A stretch of DNA of 63,701 nucleotides, the filler included, from Octopus bimaculoides (taxonomy: Eukaryota), in NCBI RefSeq assembly GCF_001194135.2. It is 7 parts of 7 records of this genome, joined end to end, with 100 filler letters (N's around TTAATTAATTAA, not from the genome) between each part and the next. Parts side by side here need not be neighbours in the genome. Positions count along the whole stretch, not along the records: positions 9,828 to 33,834 come from NC_069002.1; 6 more parts are not named here. One strand, 5' to 3'. The notes below the pieces were generated by a model. The model was given only the letters and a program-made list of their open reading frames with translations. It was not told where the DNA came from and did not search any database. Shown here piece after piece: positions 11,809 to 24,372 of this stretch (positions within the stretch are counted from its first letter, which is position 1; every line of letters starts with the position of its first letter). Both the position numbers and the translations under genes were made by a program.

Positions 11809-11994
11809 CATACCTGCGAGTACCTGTTTATTTCTTTGTAATTATATACATATGTATATATATATACTCATATATAAATACATACATACGTACATATACG
11901 TAGGATGTGGTATATGTGTGTGTGAGTATTTGTGCGTGTATATATATATAGTATGAATATATATACGTGTGCGTGTGTGTGTGTGTGTGTGCGT

Positions 11995-12857
11995 GTGTGT
12001 GTGTGTGAATATATATATATGTATATAGATATATATTTATAAATATATATATATACATTTATATATATATTTATATATATGTATGTAGATATATATATTT
12101 ATAAATATATATATATACATTTATATGTATATTTATATATATGTATGTAGATATATATATTTATAAATATATATATATACATTTATATATATATTTATAT
12201 ATATGTATGTAGATATATATATTTATAAATATATATANNNNNNNNNNNNNNNNNNNNNNNNNNNNNNNNNNNNNNNNNNNNNNNNNNNNNNNNNNNNNNN
12301 NNNNNNNNNNNNNNNNNNNNNNNNNNNNNNNNNNNNNNNNNNNNNNNNNNNNNNNNNNNNNNNNNNNNNNNNNNNNNNNNNNNNNNNNNNNNNNNNNNNN
12401 NNNNNNNNNNNNNNNNNNNNNNNNNNNNNNNNNNNNNNNNNNNNNNNNNNNNNNNNNNNNNNNNNNNNNNNNNNNNNNNNNNNNNNNNNNNNNNNNNNNN
12501 NNNNNNNNNNNNNNNNNNNNNNNNNNNNNNNNNNNNNNNNNNNNNNNNNNNNNNNNNNNNNNNNNNNNNNNNNNNNNNNNNNNNNNNNNNNNNNNNNNNN
12601 NNNNNNNNNNNNNNNNNNNNNNNNNNNNNNNNNNNNNNNNNNNNNNNNNNNNNNNNNNNNNNNNNNNNNNNNNNNNNNNNNNNNNNNNNNNNNNNNNNNN
12701 NNNNNNNNNNNNNNNNNNNNNNNNNNNNNNNNNNNNNNNNNNNNNNNNNNNNNNNNNNNNNNNNNNNNNNNNNNNNNNNNNNNNNNNNNNNNNNNNNNNN
12801 NNNNNNNNNNNNNNNNNNNNNNNNNNNNNNNNNNNNNNNNNNNACTTATATATATAC

Positions 12858-12893
<36 letters not shown>

Positions 12894-13060
12894 TTATATA
12901 TGTATATACATATATATATATTTATATATATATTTATATATGTATATACATATATATATCTACATATATATATATATGTACATATATATAAATATGTACA
13001 TATATATAAATATGTACATGCGTATATAGATATATACATACATGCTTTTATATATATCTA
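11995..13060. repeat. AT-rich minisatellite (~62-bp unit ending gtatgtag) spanning a gap
   Basis: Unit atatatatttataaatatatatatacattt..gtatgtag repeated three or more times before the gap. Confidence 0.8.
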
Positions 13061-13833
13061 TATATATATATTTACATATATGATTATATATTTGACATTA
13101 CATTACGTATTTGTATGAGCGCCAAACAGTAATCAGTTTCCGAATATGTAAAAAAGGTGTTATCGAGGTTATAATTACAAAGAGGCCTTTACGCTGATCA
13201 ACACATACTTTATCGATGTGCCAATATAATTGATCAGGTCTCGTATTGATTGACTAGTTCGATACACACCCACCCTCACGAATACACATACTCACAAACA
13301 GAGATCTGTTCGTCTGTGTATGTGTTTGTGCGGGTGTGTTCTTATATACGTTTGCATATATTGTAATCCTGTATGAATGAAGAAACGGTATGTATGCAAG
13401 TTTCATTTCTTATACCTGGCCGCTCTCGAGGTACTGGTTGTATGTAGTTATCCATAAATAACTTTAGTATGAATACACGTTCAAACCCATACAGATATGT
13501 GTGCGTGAGCGCAGTTGCGAATATAGTTTCGACCATATAAGGTACGCAATGTTATACACATCCCCTACTTATGTATATAAACTTAAACACAGGACACGGA
13601 TTTTCATAAGAAAGGAAGCAAATACACAAAGCCGGATATATATATATATATACCAGATTAAGCACATAAATGCGATACAAGGTGGATAAAATAGTACTCG
13701 AATACCAGAGGTAGAGGAATATACTTTATTAAAAAGCAGTTAAATATCAGAGTTTTTGTGATATTTTTGCTACTTTTTAATAAAGTATATACATACATAT
13801 ATGTATATAGCTAGACAGATATAAATATATAGA

Positions 13834-13866
<33 letters not shown>

Positions 13867-14597
13867 GAAATCAAAAGTAGTACCAGGATTTCAAGTAATA
13901 ATGCAGTACGGCTGTCTCAAGCGGCTCCATTTAATTGAACAATGAAATCATCACATCAATTTGAATATAGCGTTATCTTCTGTTGCACAAATATAGATTT
14001 TCGTATTTATTGAGTGTTAAAGACTTTAGGTATGCATATTAGGTACTCCTTCATAGAGTGGCTGCTAAATGTCTGTGTATACAATCAGTTTGGCTGATTG
14101 TTTCATTGGAGACTGAAAGAATAATGTCGATGCATCTGATGATAACCCAATAAGGTTCGAAAATCGATTAAGTGACCTAAACAAACCAAACCGATGGTGG
14201 GTGACAAAACCAAACACAAATGCACACACACCTATCTATTTCTGCATGCATGTAAAAGGCGGACTTTTTTTTCGCTTTCCGTCTACTTAAACCACTCGCC
14301 GGGCTTTCATCCGTCCGCAGCTAAGCTAGCAGACACTTCAGTTGCAACGATTGGTAATTGAAACGGGAAACATATGGGTGTGAAGCAAATCGCTTACCAC
14401 AAAGCCACGGTTGCGCCTCTGTGTGTGCACGTGTATCAACTCACGCGCACACGTGTGTGCGTATCTGTGTGTGTGTACTCATACAAAGATAATGCATGCA
14501 TTTTATGCACATATGTATGGAACCATCCATGAACACCATTTGTCCTACACAAATATATGCGCAATTAAAAATGTGCACAAAAAATGGGTATGTTTTC

Positions 14598-14630
<33 letters not shown>

Positions 14631-14659
14631 AATGTATACTTATATATGTGTGTGTATAC

Positions 14660-14706
<47 letters not shown>

Positions 14707-15224
14707 TTTATATAAGTGTATATCGTGTGTATGAGCTTCATACATAAATATACGAATGATATCCATATTTTCATAGGTCCATGCGTATTTGTCCGCATAC
14801 ATATTCATCGGTTGGGGCCGCTTGAATGATTCCTCGGCTCAAAAACCATTGAACCATGTTAAAGGGCTCATTAGTCTATGTAGATTTATATTCTAGCAAA
14901 TATATTTATACAGCGATACAAGATTTCTACATATGGAAACCCGTTAGGTATTAATGCTCACCAAGAGGGTATACATATTTATATATATGATAATAATCAA
15001 TACACAAGGTACATGAACATACATGTGTGCAAATGTATGTAGACACCCGTAAATTAACGTTTGAGATTGACAAAAGCGTGGCTGTTCAAATTTCAAGTAT
15101 TTAGATATTATAGGAATATAATATCTAAAACTTTCAGAATATATGTTCTGGAATCGAAAAAAAACTCCAATAATTTCGAGAATACCGCATTTGTACACGT
15201 ACGTGGTCGCAAGGATACTTCTGT

Positions 15225-15785
15225 AATAGTAAGACGCTTGCTTCGAAACCACATAGTTCAACGTTCAGAGCTATTGTGTGAAACCTTGGTCAAGTGTCTT
15301 CCACTACAGCCCCAGATCGATGAACGCCGTCTGAGTGGATTTGGTATTCGGAAGTTGGAAGAATCGTGTGGTATATGTGTGTGCGTGTTCTTGAGTATGC
15401 GTGTTTGTGTGTGTGAGCGGACACCTGTAAGTGTGTGCGTATGTGTGTTCGTCAGCGAACGTGTGTGTTTCTGTGTGTCCATTTGTGTGTGTGTGTGTGT
15501 TTCTGTGTGTACATTTGTGTGTGTGTGTGTGTGTTTATGTGTGTGTGTGGATTTTTGTGCTTGTTCTCCACTACCACATCACAGCATGTGTTAGCTTGTT
15601 TACGTCTCCGTTAACCAGCGCCTTGGCGAAAGGATGCCGATAGCTAAAGCGCCACGCTTAAAAAGAAAATAAACTAGAACGATGAGCACTAGAGTTGATT
15701 TGTTCGACTACAATCTTCAAGGCGTGCCCCAGCATGACCGCAGCCTAATGACTGAAACAAGTAAGAGAGTAAAAGAATACATACT
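15225..15785 (+). mobile_element. SINE family A (head, central (TG)n, tail), decayed
   Basis: ccttggtcaagtgtctt core and ccagcatgaccgcag..tgactgaaacaagtaa tail shared with other copies. Confidence 0.7.
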
Positions 15786-16131
15786 TGTGTGCATGTGTAT
15801 GCATATGTAAACGAAAAGGAGAAAAAGTAAATAATCCAAGGTGGCCGGAGCCGTGTATTTGAAGAAGACAGACGAATAGAGCAATACGTAAAAGCACAAA
15901 TCATGAAAGCTTGGTTTCCGTTTCTAGAGAGTTTATCATTTACCAAATTGCAATTACAACGAGGCGCATGTGTGAAAAGAAGGGTGTTGCCACGAGCCAA
16001 GTGTTCTCCAAAGTTGGCAAGACATTCAAGAAAAGGGCTTACTGCCGCGAAACAAGAGAACATTCGTGACGAAGTGTTCTACCCCGGGATAGTTGTCATA
16101 CATAGATATACTTATGTGTATGTGTGCATGA

Positions 16132-16181
<50 letters not shown>

Positions 16182-16717
16182 AGCCAGGCGCAATGTGATG
16201 TTATAAAGAAAAAAATCAATCGTCATTAAGTGCGACTAAAGGTACCGAAACATCAGCATTGCTAGAAATAAGTGTTTAAATAAATAATGCATTTAATGTT
16301 GTAAGAAGAACGTAAATATGCACTTACTGACAGGGGAGGTTACTGCCCTATGACCTTCTCATGGACTAGCTCTAGTTTCACCCATACCGTAAAGCATCGT
16401 CAGAGGTGACTGCTCGAACGGCTCATGGTCGGCCTATTCCACCAGCCACTTTATATGTATATTTACCATAAAATTTTATGGATGGTTTAGGGAAATGTTA
16501 ATACGCATACTAAATATTGATATAAACAGCCAGGAGCAATGTGATACTGCAAAGGATAAATTCAATCGTCATTAAATGTGTCTAAGGGAACTGAAACACC
16601 TACGTTGCTACAAATAAGAGTAAAAAAAATCTTAATGCTGTAAGAAGAGAGCAAATATATTCATATATGTGTGTGTGTGGGTGTATACATACACACACAC
16701 ACACACACGCACATATG

Positions 16718-16755
<38 letters not shown>

Positions 16756-16835
16756 TGTGTGTGTGCATAATGTAGGGAGACTGAGACAGAAACTGTATGT
16801 CTGGTTACACGCTTACATGCACAAGTACCAGGACA

Positions 16836-16884
<49 letters not shown>

Positions 16885-16894
16885 NNNNNNNNNN

Positions 16895-16940
<46 letters not shown>

Positions 16941-17394
16941 TTGTGTGTGAGTGTGTTATACATACACATATATCATTGGGAGAGAGAGGTTGATAACGAG
17001 AGAAAAAGAGTTAGAATCTGTTAGAAAATTCATTTTCGTTTCGTTCAACATTTATACTAATTAACACAACATAATATCATTTAATTAATTAATTTACCTT
17101 TAGATTCTGGTGAATTCGACATGCAATCGAAAATTGATTACATGATTGTGACTAGAACCAGTGCTGTGACTAGTCGATGAGATATAATCGTCTGTTTATG
17201 GCAATGTAAATTGGTATAGCACACACATGCATAGAAAAACATAAGTAGATATATACGTATATGTAGTAGGCTACACTAACCCAAAGAGTTGCTGAAATGT
17301 TTACGGAGAGGCACAAAATTTGGAGGGAAAATCACAGCATAGGAAATTGGTCTCATACTATACTAAAAGCATTGGTGAATTCCTGGTAACGCAC

Positions 17395-17985
17395 GCACAC
17401 GCTGATGTGTGCGAGAACCGTTGAATTACGTGGAAGTGAAGACGCCAGGATCGCTTGTCAAGCGATGTTGGGGGACAGACAGAGACACACAGACATATAC
17501 ATATATATATATATGTATATATAGATAATCCAAATATACACACTCACACACACACACACTCATAAATTATATTAATGGATACAACACACACACACACATA
17601 AATTATATTAATGGATACAACACACACACACACATAAATTATATTAATGGATACAACACACACACACACACACACAAATTATATTAATGGATACAACANN
17701 NNNNNNNNAACACACACACACACACACACAAATTATATTAATGGATACAACACACACACACACACACAAATTATATTAATGGATACAACACACACACACA
17801 TATATATTATATATATGCATGGAACGGTCTTTTTGTTTTCGTCGGCCAAATCCACTCACAAGTCTTTGGACGGCGGAAGGCTATGCTAGAAGACATTTAC
17901 CCAAGGTGCGTCGCAGTGGGACTGAACCCAAACCACATGGTTTTTAAGCAAGCTACTTTCCACACAGCCCTCCTGCATAGATAGA
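17395..17985 (-). mobile_element. SINE family A with a minisatellite in its central microsatellite
   Basis: Head 17826-17985 (gggactgaacccaaaccacatgg on +), tail remnant ~17400-17475. Confidence 0.75.
17560..17790. repeat. Minisatellite, unit (AC)n-ATAAATTATATTAATGGATACA, ~6 copies
   Basis: Directly visible; 10-N gap inside. Confidence 0.9.
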
Positions 17986-18229
17986 TATAGGTAAGCCAAT
18001 GTGTATGCATACATCACATGCATATGTATATATACATATGTGTGTACGTATTTATGTATGTATGTATACATGCCTTTATGTATGCAACAATGTACGTATG
18101 TATGCATGCTTGAAAGAATATTCATGTATCTATTATAGATCGTTTGGTACTGGGTGCATTTGTCCAGGCTGACCGATACCAGCGTCGTTGTCTTACCTGA
18201 AACGTAAGAATGTGTTCATTAGTTTCTCA

Positions 18230-18430
18230 ACTAGCCAATAGAATATGTAATAATTTATTCACCGACAATTTGGCGAAAGTATTTTATGACTTGTGCCATA
18301 TGTCGCCACTCATTCTTTCTCATCACCAGCGGATAATTGTCTCTTTAGTACAGCTGGCTGGATATTTCGACTGAAATTTCACTATTACCGCATTTGTCTT
18401 TGTCTAATTCAATAAATGGGGAGCGTACAC
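18230..18430 (-). mobile_element. Mariner-like remnant
   Basis: ttgtgccatatgtcgccac and atatttcgactgaaatttcactattaccgcatttgtctttg resemble mariner terminal regions. Confidence 0.4.
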
Positions 18431-18443
18431 CTATTCGTGTGTG

Positions 18444-18496
<53 letters not shown>

Positions 18497-18833
18497 CCAT
18501 GCATGTATGTGTGTGTGTATTGTGAATCTGTATGCATACGTATGTGCATGCGGAAATATATGGGGATATATATATACACACAAATATATATGTGTATATA
18601 TATGCATATATTTTACTACATATACATACAAAACTATTTGTGTGTACGCATATACGTTTGCTTATAAATATATATATAAAACCATGTATATATATACATA
18701 TATATATATATATATACATATAGGCATTTATATATATGAATATGTATATACACATGTATATATACATAGATTGATAGTCATACATATATATATATATGGA
18801 ATGTGGCTATAAGCTTCCGTCCGTTAACTGCAG

Positions 18834-18878
18834 AGAAGAAGGCTAGCTAGTTCGAATAAGAAAATATCGAATTACAGG
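18834..18878 (+). CDS. Possible 45-nt phase 0-0 exon (RRRLASSNKKISNYR) or UTR exon
   Basis: ctgcAG acceptor, AGG|GTAAGT consensus donor, open only in phase 0; no homology recognised. Confidence 0.25.
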
Positions 18879-19684
18879 GTAAGTAGATCTACATTAATAG
18901 GAGACACAACGAACACCTGATATGCAGATGTAATAATGTTAACGTAGAATTTCGCAGGAAATTTGAGCTAAGTATCAATTGAAGATAATGGTTTATCTTC
19001 ATGTCTTCGTTTGCAATTTAAAACGTTCTAAGTATTGTCGACTCGAATTCATTTCATAGATCGCAACTATTTGGAAATGTTTCTGTTGTAATTTTCTTGC
19101 ATATAACTATACTTTGATCAAACCGGATGTATATTAGACGTCCGTTTTGTATAATTACAGGTATTCATCGAAATTTACTGAAGAGTGTTCGTATTTGATG
19201 TATATAATTTTTAACGTTGAATTATTACATTATGAATGAATTATTCAGACAATGAATGTATACAAAGAGTCCGCGCCCTTTGTTCTTTCTTTCTTTATTT
19301 ATCTATCTATTTATTTATTTATTCATTCATTTACTCATTCTGATGCTCCAGCAAGGCTGACTGGAAGGAAATGGCAAGCTGTGAACATAAAGGCCAGTCC
19401 CGAATACCTACGACAGAATAGACAATACTAAAGAAATCGGAGATGTTGATGGGGGTCTTTACAAGTGGTAGTGGTGGTGGTGGTAATAGTGAAATTGTTA
19501 GAGGTACTGTTGGTATTATTGATGAAGTTGGTGTTTGGATTCATGGTGGTGATAATATAGATGCTAGTGTGTTGGTGATGGTGATAGTAGTTCTGGTGGT
19601 GGGGATGATACTGGTGAAAGTACGGGTGGAGTATGCGATGGTGGTAGCGATGACAGAGATGAGGAAGATGATGTAGTGACGGGA

Positions 19685-19815
19685 CGGTGATGTTGACGCT
19701 GAGCGGGGGGGGATCCACGGTGTCTGTATGTTGGTGATGCTGGGATCGAGTTGCTCGACTAAAGGCAGTGATCCATCATGGCCGCAGTCAAATGACTGAA
19801 AAGAATGAAAGTAGT
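19685..19815 (+). mobile_element. SINE family A tail fragment
   Basis: gctcgactaaaggcagtgatccatcatggccgcagtcaaatgactgaaa. Confidence 0.7.
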
Positions 19816-20497
19816 TAAATGTCTTCTGCATTCTTGTTTCTGCATTTCTTGACAATGAGGTTATTGCTGTTGATCTTGTTGCTGCTGCTGCTGTTATATA
19901 CACATACATACATACGTAACACATATGTATGTGTAAATATATATACACACAGACATATATATATACACACACAAAGTTGAATATCTATGCATGTGTGTGT
20001 TTGTATACGTGGGGGGGTCCGCAAGCACGAGCGTATGTGTGTGTCTGTGTTTGTACGTATTTTAAAACAATTTTCATGAGATAAATAACTGAACATTTGC
20101 TATGATGCAGTCACATTACAACGAGTGAAATTTGTTGTAAGCATCGTGATAACTGGGATTGTGTTCGGTAGGCGGGTTCGGTAACTCGTTGAACGAACCA
20201 ATCAGGTGAGTCATGAATTTTACAAAATTTGTTTGTGCGTATATGTGTTTGTTTATCCACCCCTATGTATGCGTTAACTAGTCACCTGTAGAATAATACA
20301 TTATATTCTACTTCTTGAAGATGTCACTAATATCTTCTGCATTTTAGCGCTTTGTTCCGAAGATCAAACACGAAACTACTAGTGTGTACGTGTATGTATG
20401 TGTGTCTGTGTTGTGTGTGTTTGCGCGCGTGTCTGCATGTGTGAGCGTGATTTTGACGTGTGAAAGAGCATGCGCGAGCGCGTATACTTTTCTACAC

Positions 20498-20547
<50 letters not shown>

Positions 20548-21159
20548 NNNNNNNNNNNNNNNNNNNNNNNNNNNNNNNNNNNNNNNNNNNNNNNNNNNNN
20601 NNNNNNNNNNNNNNNNNNNNNNNNNNNNNNNNNNNNNNNNNNNNNNNNNNNNNNNNNNNNNNNNNNNNNNNNNNNNNNNNNNNNNNNNNNNNNNNNNNNN
20701 NNNNNNNNNNNNNNNNNTATATATATATATATGTATATAACCACATTACTATATGTGCATGTCCATATGAAGCTATACTTACGAATTTATACAGATCTTA
20801 GCTAAGTGTGACTTTCTATATTTACCAAAGGGAGACTTTCATGACAGCAGCTAATTATTTAGAAAGTTGTGAATAGCCTCTTTAATCGAATACCGATGAT
20901 GTGTGTAAATTACCTGACATTTTCTTAATAACCTTACAGCCAATATATGATAATTAATTTTCTCTTGGCTGATCTCTCTTCCTTCGAATTAGTTTCCTAA
21001 TCAAATATACAGCCACCTACATGCTATTAATTTTCTATATCTTATACGATTATCATCCAACTTTCGTCTCTTGCCTGTCTATCTTATCCATAAATTTCCC
21101 CTCTTGTGATTAGGTGTGTGCATTACTACGGGATCAACACGTTTAGTAGATAGAGAAGG

Positions 21160-21400
21160 TCTTATTATCAATGATAATAATATTAATGATAATCGATGTA
21201 TAAATACTGACAGATGACAATGTTTCTGTAAAAGAAACGAAGAAAGTTTCAAAATACAAAGATTTGGAAGCAGAGGTAACTCGAATGAGGAGTCTAAAAA
21301 CAGAAACTATTCCTAATATAGTGGGTACAGTAGGTGTGATAAAAAAAAAACAGAAACATTCAGAAAAAAGACATAACAAAAAAAGCGCATTTGGCCAAGT
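21160..21400 (+). mobile_element. R4/Dong-type RLE endonuclease fragment
   Basis: IIDV*ILTDDNVSVKETKKVSKYKDLEAEVTRMRSLKTETIPNIVGTVGVIKK. Confidence 0.85.
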
Positions 21401-24323
21401 TTGGACATACGACAGTTTAACATAAGAGCAACGATACATATAATTACAGCTGTTAGTTGTAAACTGTCAAGTGCAAACTGCATGGTTCCCTGATGCATGC
21501 AACAGAGAATATAGAGCTGGGCTTTGACGGTGCCCACCGTTCCGCAGTTTTATCTTTTCTTTCCCATCTATCCCTGTAGAAAACCCCCATACGTAATGAG
21601 GCAGACCTATATGTTTGTGTGTTTCAAGCTGATGTTGATATACTGAATCACGTATGCAATTTTTTGCTAACTAATTTGCATTTTTGTTGGAGAAAGCTAA
21701 GTAAATTTAGGAGCAATCGCAATGGAAAAATATTCTTTTAAAATTCTCGAAATTATTTCACTGAAAATTTAATTTCCTTTCTTGATGTACAAAAATTGAT
21801 TATATATAACAGAGAAATTTGCAAATATAGACATATTTCGCTCTCATTAAAACGCATAAACTGAATATGGTTTTCTCAAAGTTGTGCCAGCAAGGTGCAT
21901 AAGCAATTGCAAGTAGTAGAAGATGAACAAAAAACATTGTTTCAGGGTATTTTCGTAGAAAGTGAGTTAATGGAGAATAACTTATGTGGGCCAATTTCAT
22001 AAATCTTTGAAAATTCATGTAGGTAGTAATATATTAAATGTTGTATGCAAGAAATTCTCAATGATTTATATCTATGTGACATGAGTTGTCGTTTTTATAT
22101 AAAATATTAACGATTCATTTCCAAAAACAGCTGTGTAGTTGTCATTCTACAAGACAATATTATTTTGAATTAGTATTCATTTTTTATTCATATTTGAGAT
22201 AGGTTTTCTTGTCATTTATTTCATCTGTGAAAAAGTAAGAATTACTTTACGAGAGTTTGTTCAGCTGTTTCTCATACTATATTTGCTTACTGTGTCATTT
22301 CCTTTCGAATATCAAAATAAATTTCTCCATCAATCCATTATTAATATTCCGATCGTCGTTGTTTATGTGACATCAGCCAAAATCAAACTGTCTTAGGATC
22401 AGTTGTTCCTCATACCGCCCATTAGCTTTCTTTTTTTTTTAAACATTTTCCTTCAGGTTACACTACATAATTTCTCCTATATTTTAGGGTCTTATTTACA
22501 GCCTTATTGTTCTTCCTCGGGAGCCAAACTAAAATGTAGGGGGCTCGCAATACTGATACGAAGTCAGTTATATTTCTGAACAATACCAGGTAACGTTTGT
22601 CATTTCTGCTTTAAGCGTTGAGCGAGTATTTCTCAACAAATTATACGTTTTATGTACTCTGATCCCGTTTATCCCCGCTGGAATTCGTATATCAAACTTC
22701 GGAGAATGTAATTAGTCCTACATTGGCTCGACCTTTCTCAGAAACCAAAATAAATTTTCTAAAGAAGCCATCCGCATGAACAACTGATGTATCATGGCTA
22801 ACATATTTAATATAGTGTGGGAAATAGAGACAAAACGTTAATACAAACTGCTCAATAAAAATGCACAACTGGAACACACTGAAATATTTTATCTCATGTA
22901 CAAAACATCTCTCAGTCATGTGAATTTTTCAACCAAATATTACTTATGTACTTATATACTGATTCTATTATTATATCTCACAAAAATTGAGAAAAGCTCT
23001 ATTTTACGAAAGAAAACTTATAATACCGAACCAAACACATTGTTCTCTCTCTGCCTGACTAATATCAAATTATTAGTTACCGAGTTATTGTTTCTATCTT
23101 CTCACCGCATGATTAAATTAAAATTAATTTAATTAATAAAATATTGGAGTGAACATTTATTTGTCTTGACCAAATTTCATTTACATAAATTAATGTGAAT
23201 ATGAAGATCTTGATTATAATGGAAATTTGAATTAATTGAAATGTTTTCTCTAAATATCTTCAATAAGCTAATACACACCTAACGTCTCAAATTAAGTACC
23301 AAGGTTATAGAAACTAATCAGCGCCTCTAGAGGTATATGAACTGCTGTCTCTGAGCTTGGTTACGCATTTAGACAGTAAGAGGAACATCTGAGCGTTCGC
23401 AAACCTTGCAAGAAACTGTAGCGAATTGTCGCTCAACTCACATTTTAAACAACCAACGCCTCATTTGATAATACAAACCCAGTTACACTTCAACGTATCC
23501 TAAATATGCCGGTGGAACACTTCTCATGATATTTTCGGCTGGTTCTCTTTCTATTACTACGGGGATATAAAAACTAGTGCCGAACATTCATCCCTAAAAA
23601 TATAACAGAATTGTAATGATTTCGTCACAACCATTTGACATTACAAACGCAAGGAATTTGTTGTGAAGTCCAGTAATACGAGCCAAATTTTCCAAAAAGT
23701 ACACACTAGTTTGTTTAAAAAAATGTTGTTATAATAAATAATATTATCCTAGATAATCTCGGATTTCTACTATTGCATCGTTAGGATTTTTTACGTCAGG
23801 TAAGCATATCACAGTCAGTGTGCAGTATGCATAGTAGCTGTAAGATTACGTAACATTTTACGCTGCTTCCAACTCATCAGGTTAGCATAACAAACAGGTG
23901 AGCTGTAAACTGTTGATTAACCAACATATCAGCAAGTGATGTTTCCAAATAACAATTACCAACATCTGAGAAAATTAAAGTGGTTGGAACTACAACCTGT
24001 CAACCAGTGAAGGTGGATAGCAGAGTAATATAGTACGTTTTAAAATGAAACACTGCAAGTCATTACTCATTAATCATAGCAACCACCTTCATCAAAGCAG
24101 GTACTAACAGAACGTACATATAGGCCGGTACGCCTGCGTTAGAATGGGGGCAGGTGATGAAGGAGAAGTTCTCTATGTGGCCTCTGTGTTTTCTGTACTC
24201 GTTTATCATTTTGTCTACGCTTTGTTTACAATGTCCTGTACCCAGATATGCATCTATATATACAGGTAGACGTAAGTATGTACATACATGTACGTATATA
24301 TACATATACTCATTTATTATTTG

Positions 24324-24372
<49 letters not shown>

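Noticed and set aside
17560-17790. Repeat-spacer pattern resembling a CRISPR array
   Set aside because: Spacers are only variable (AC)n; eukaryotic minisatellite with no cas genes
22488-22589. Exon candidate with good AG and CAG|GTAACG
   Set aside because: Stops in all three frames; could at most be non-coding
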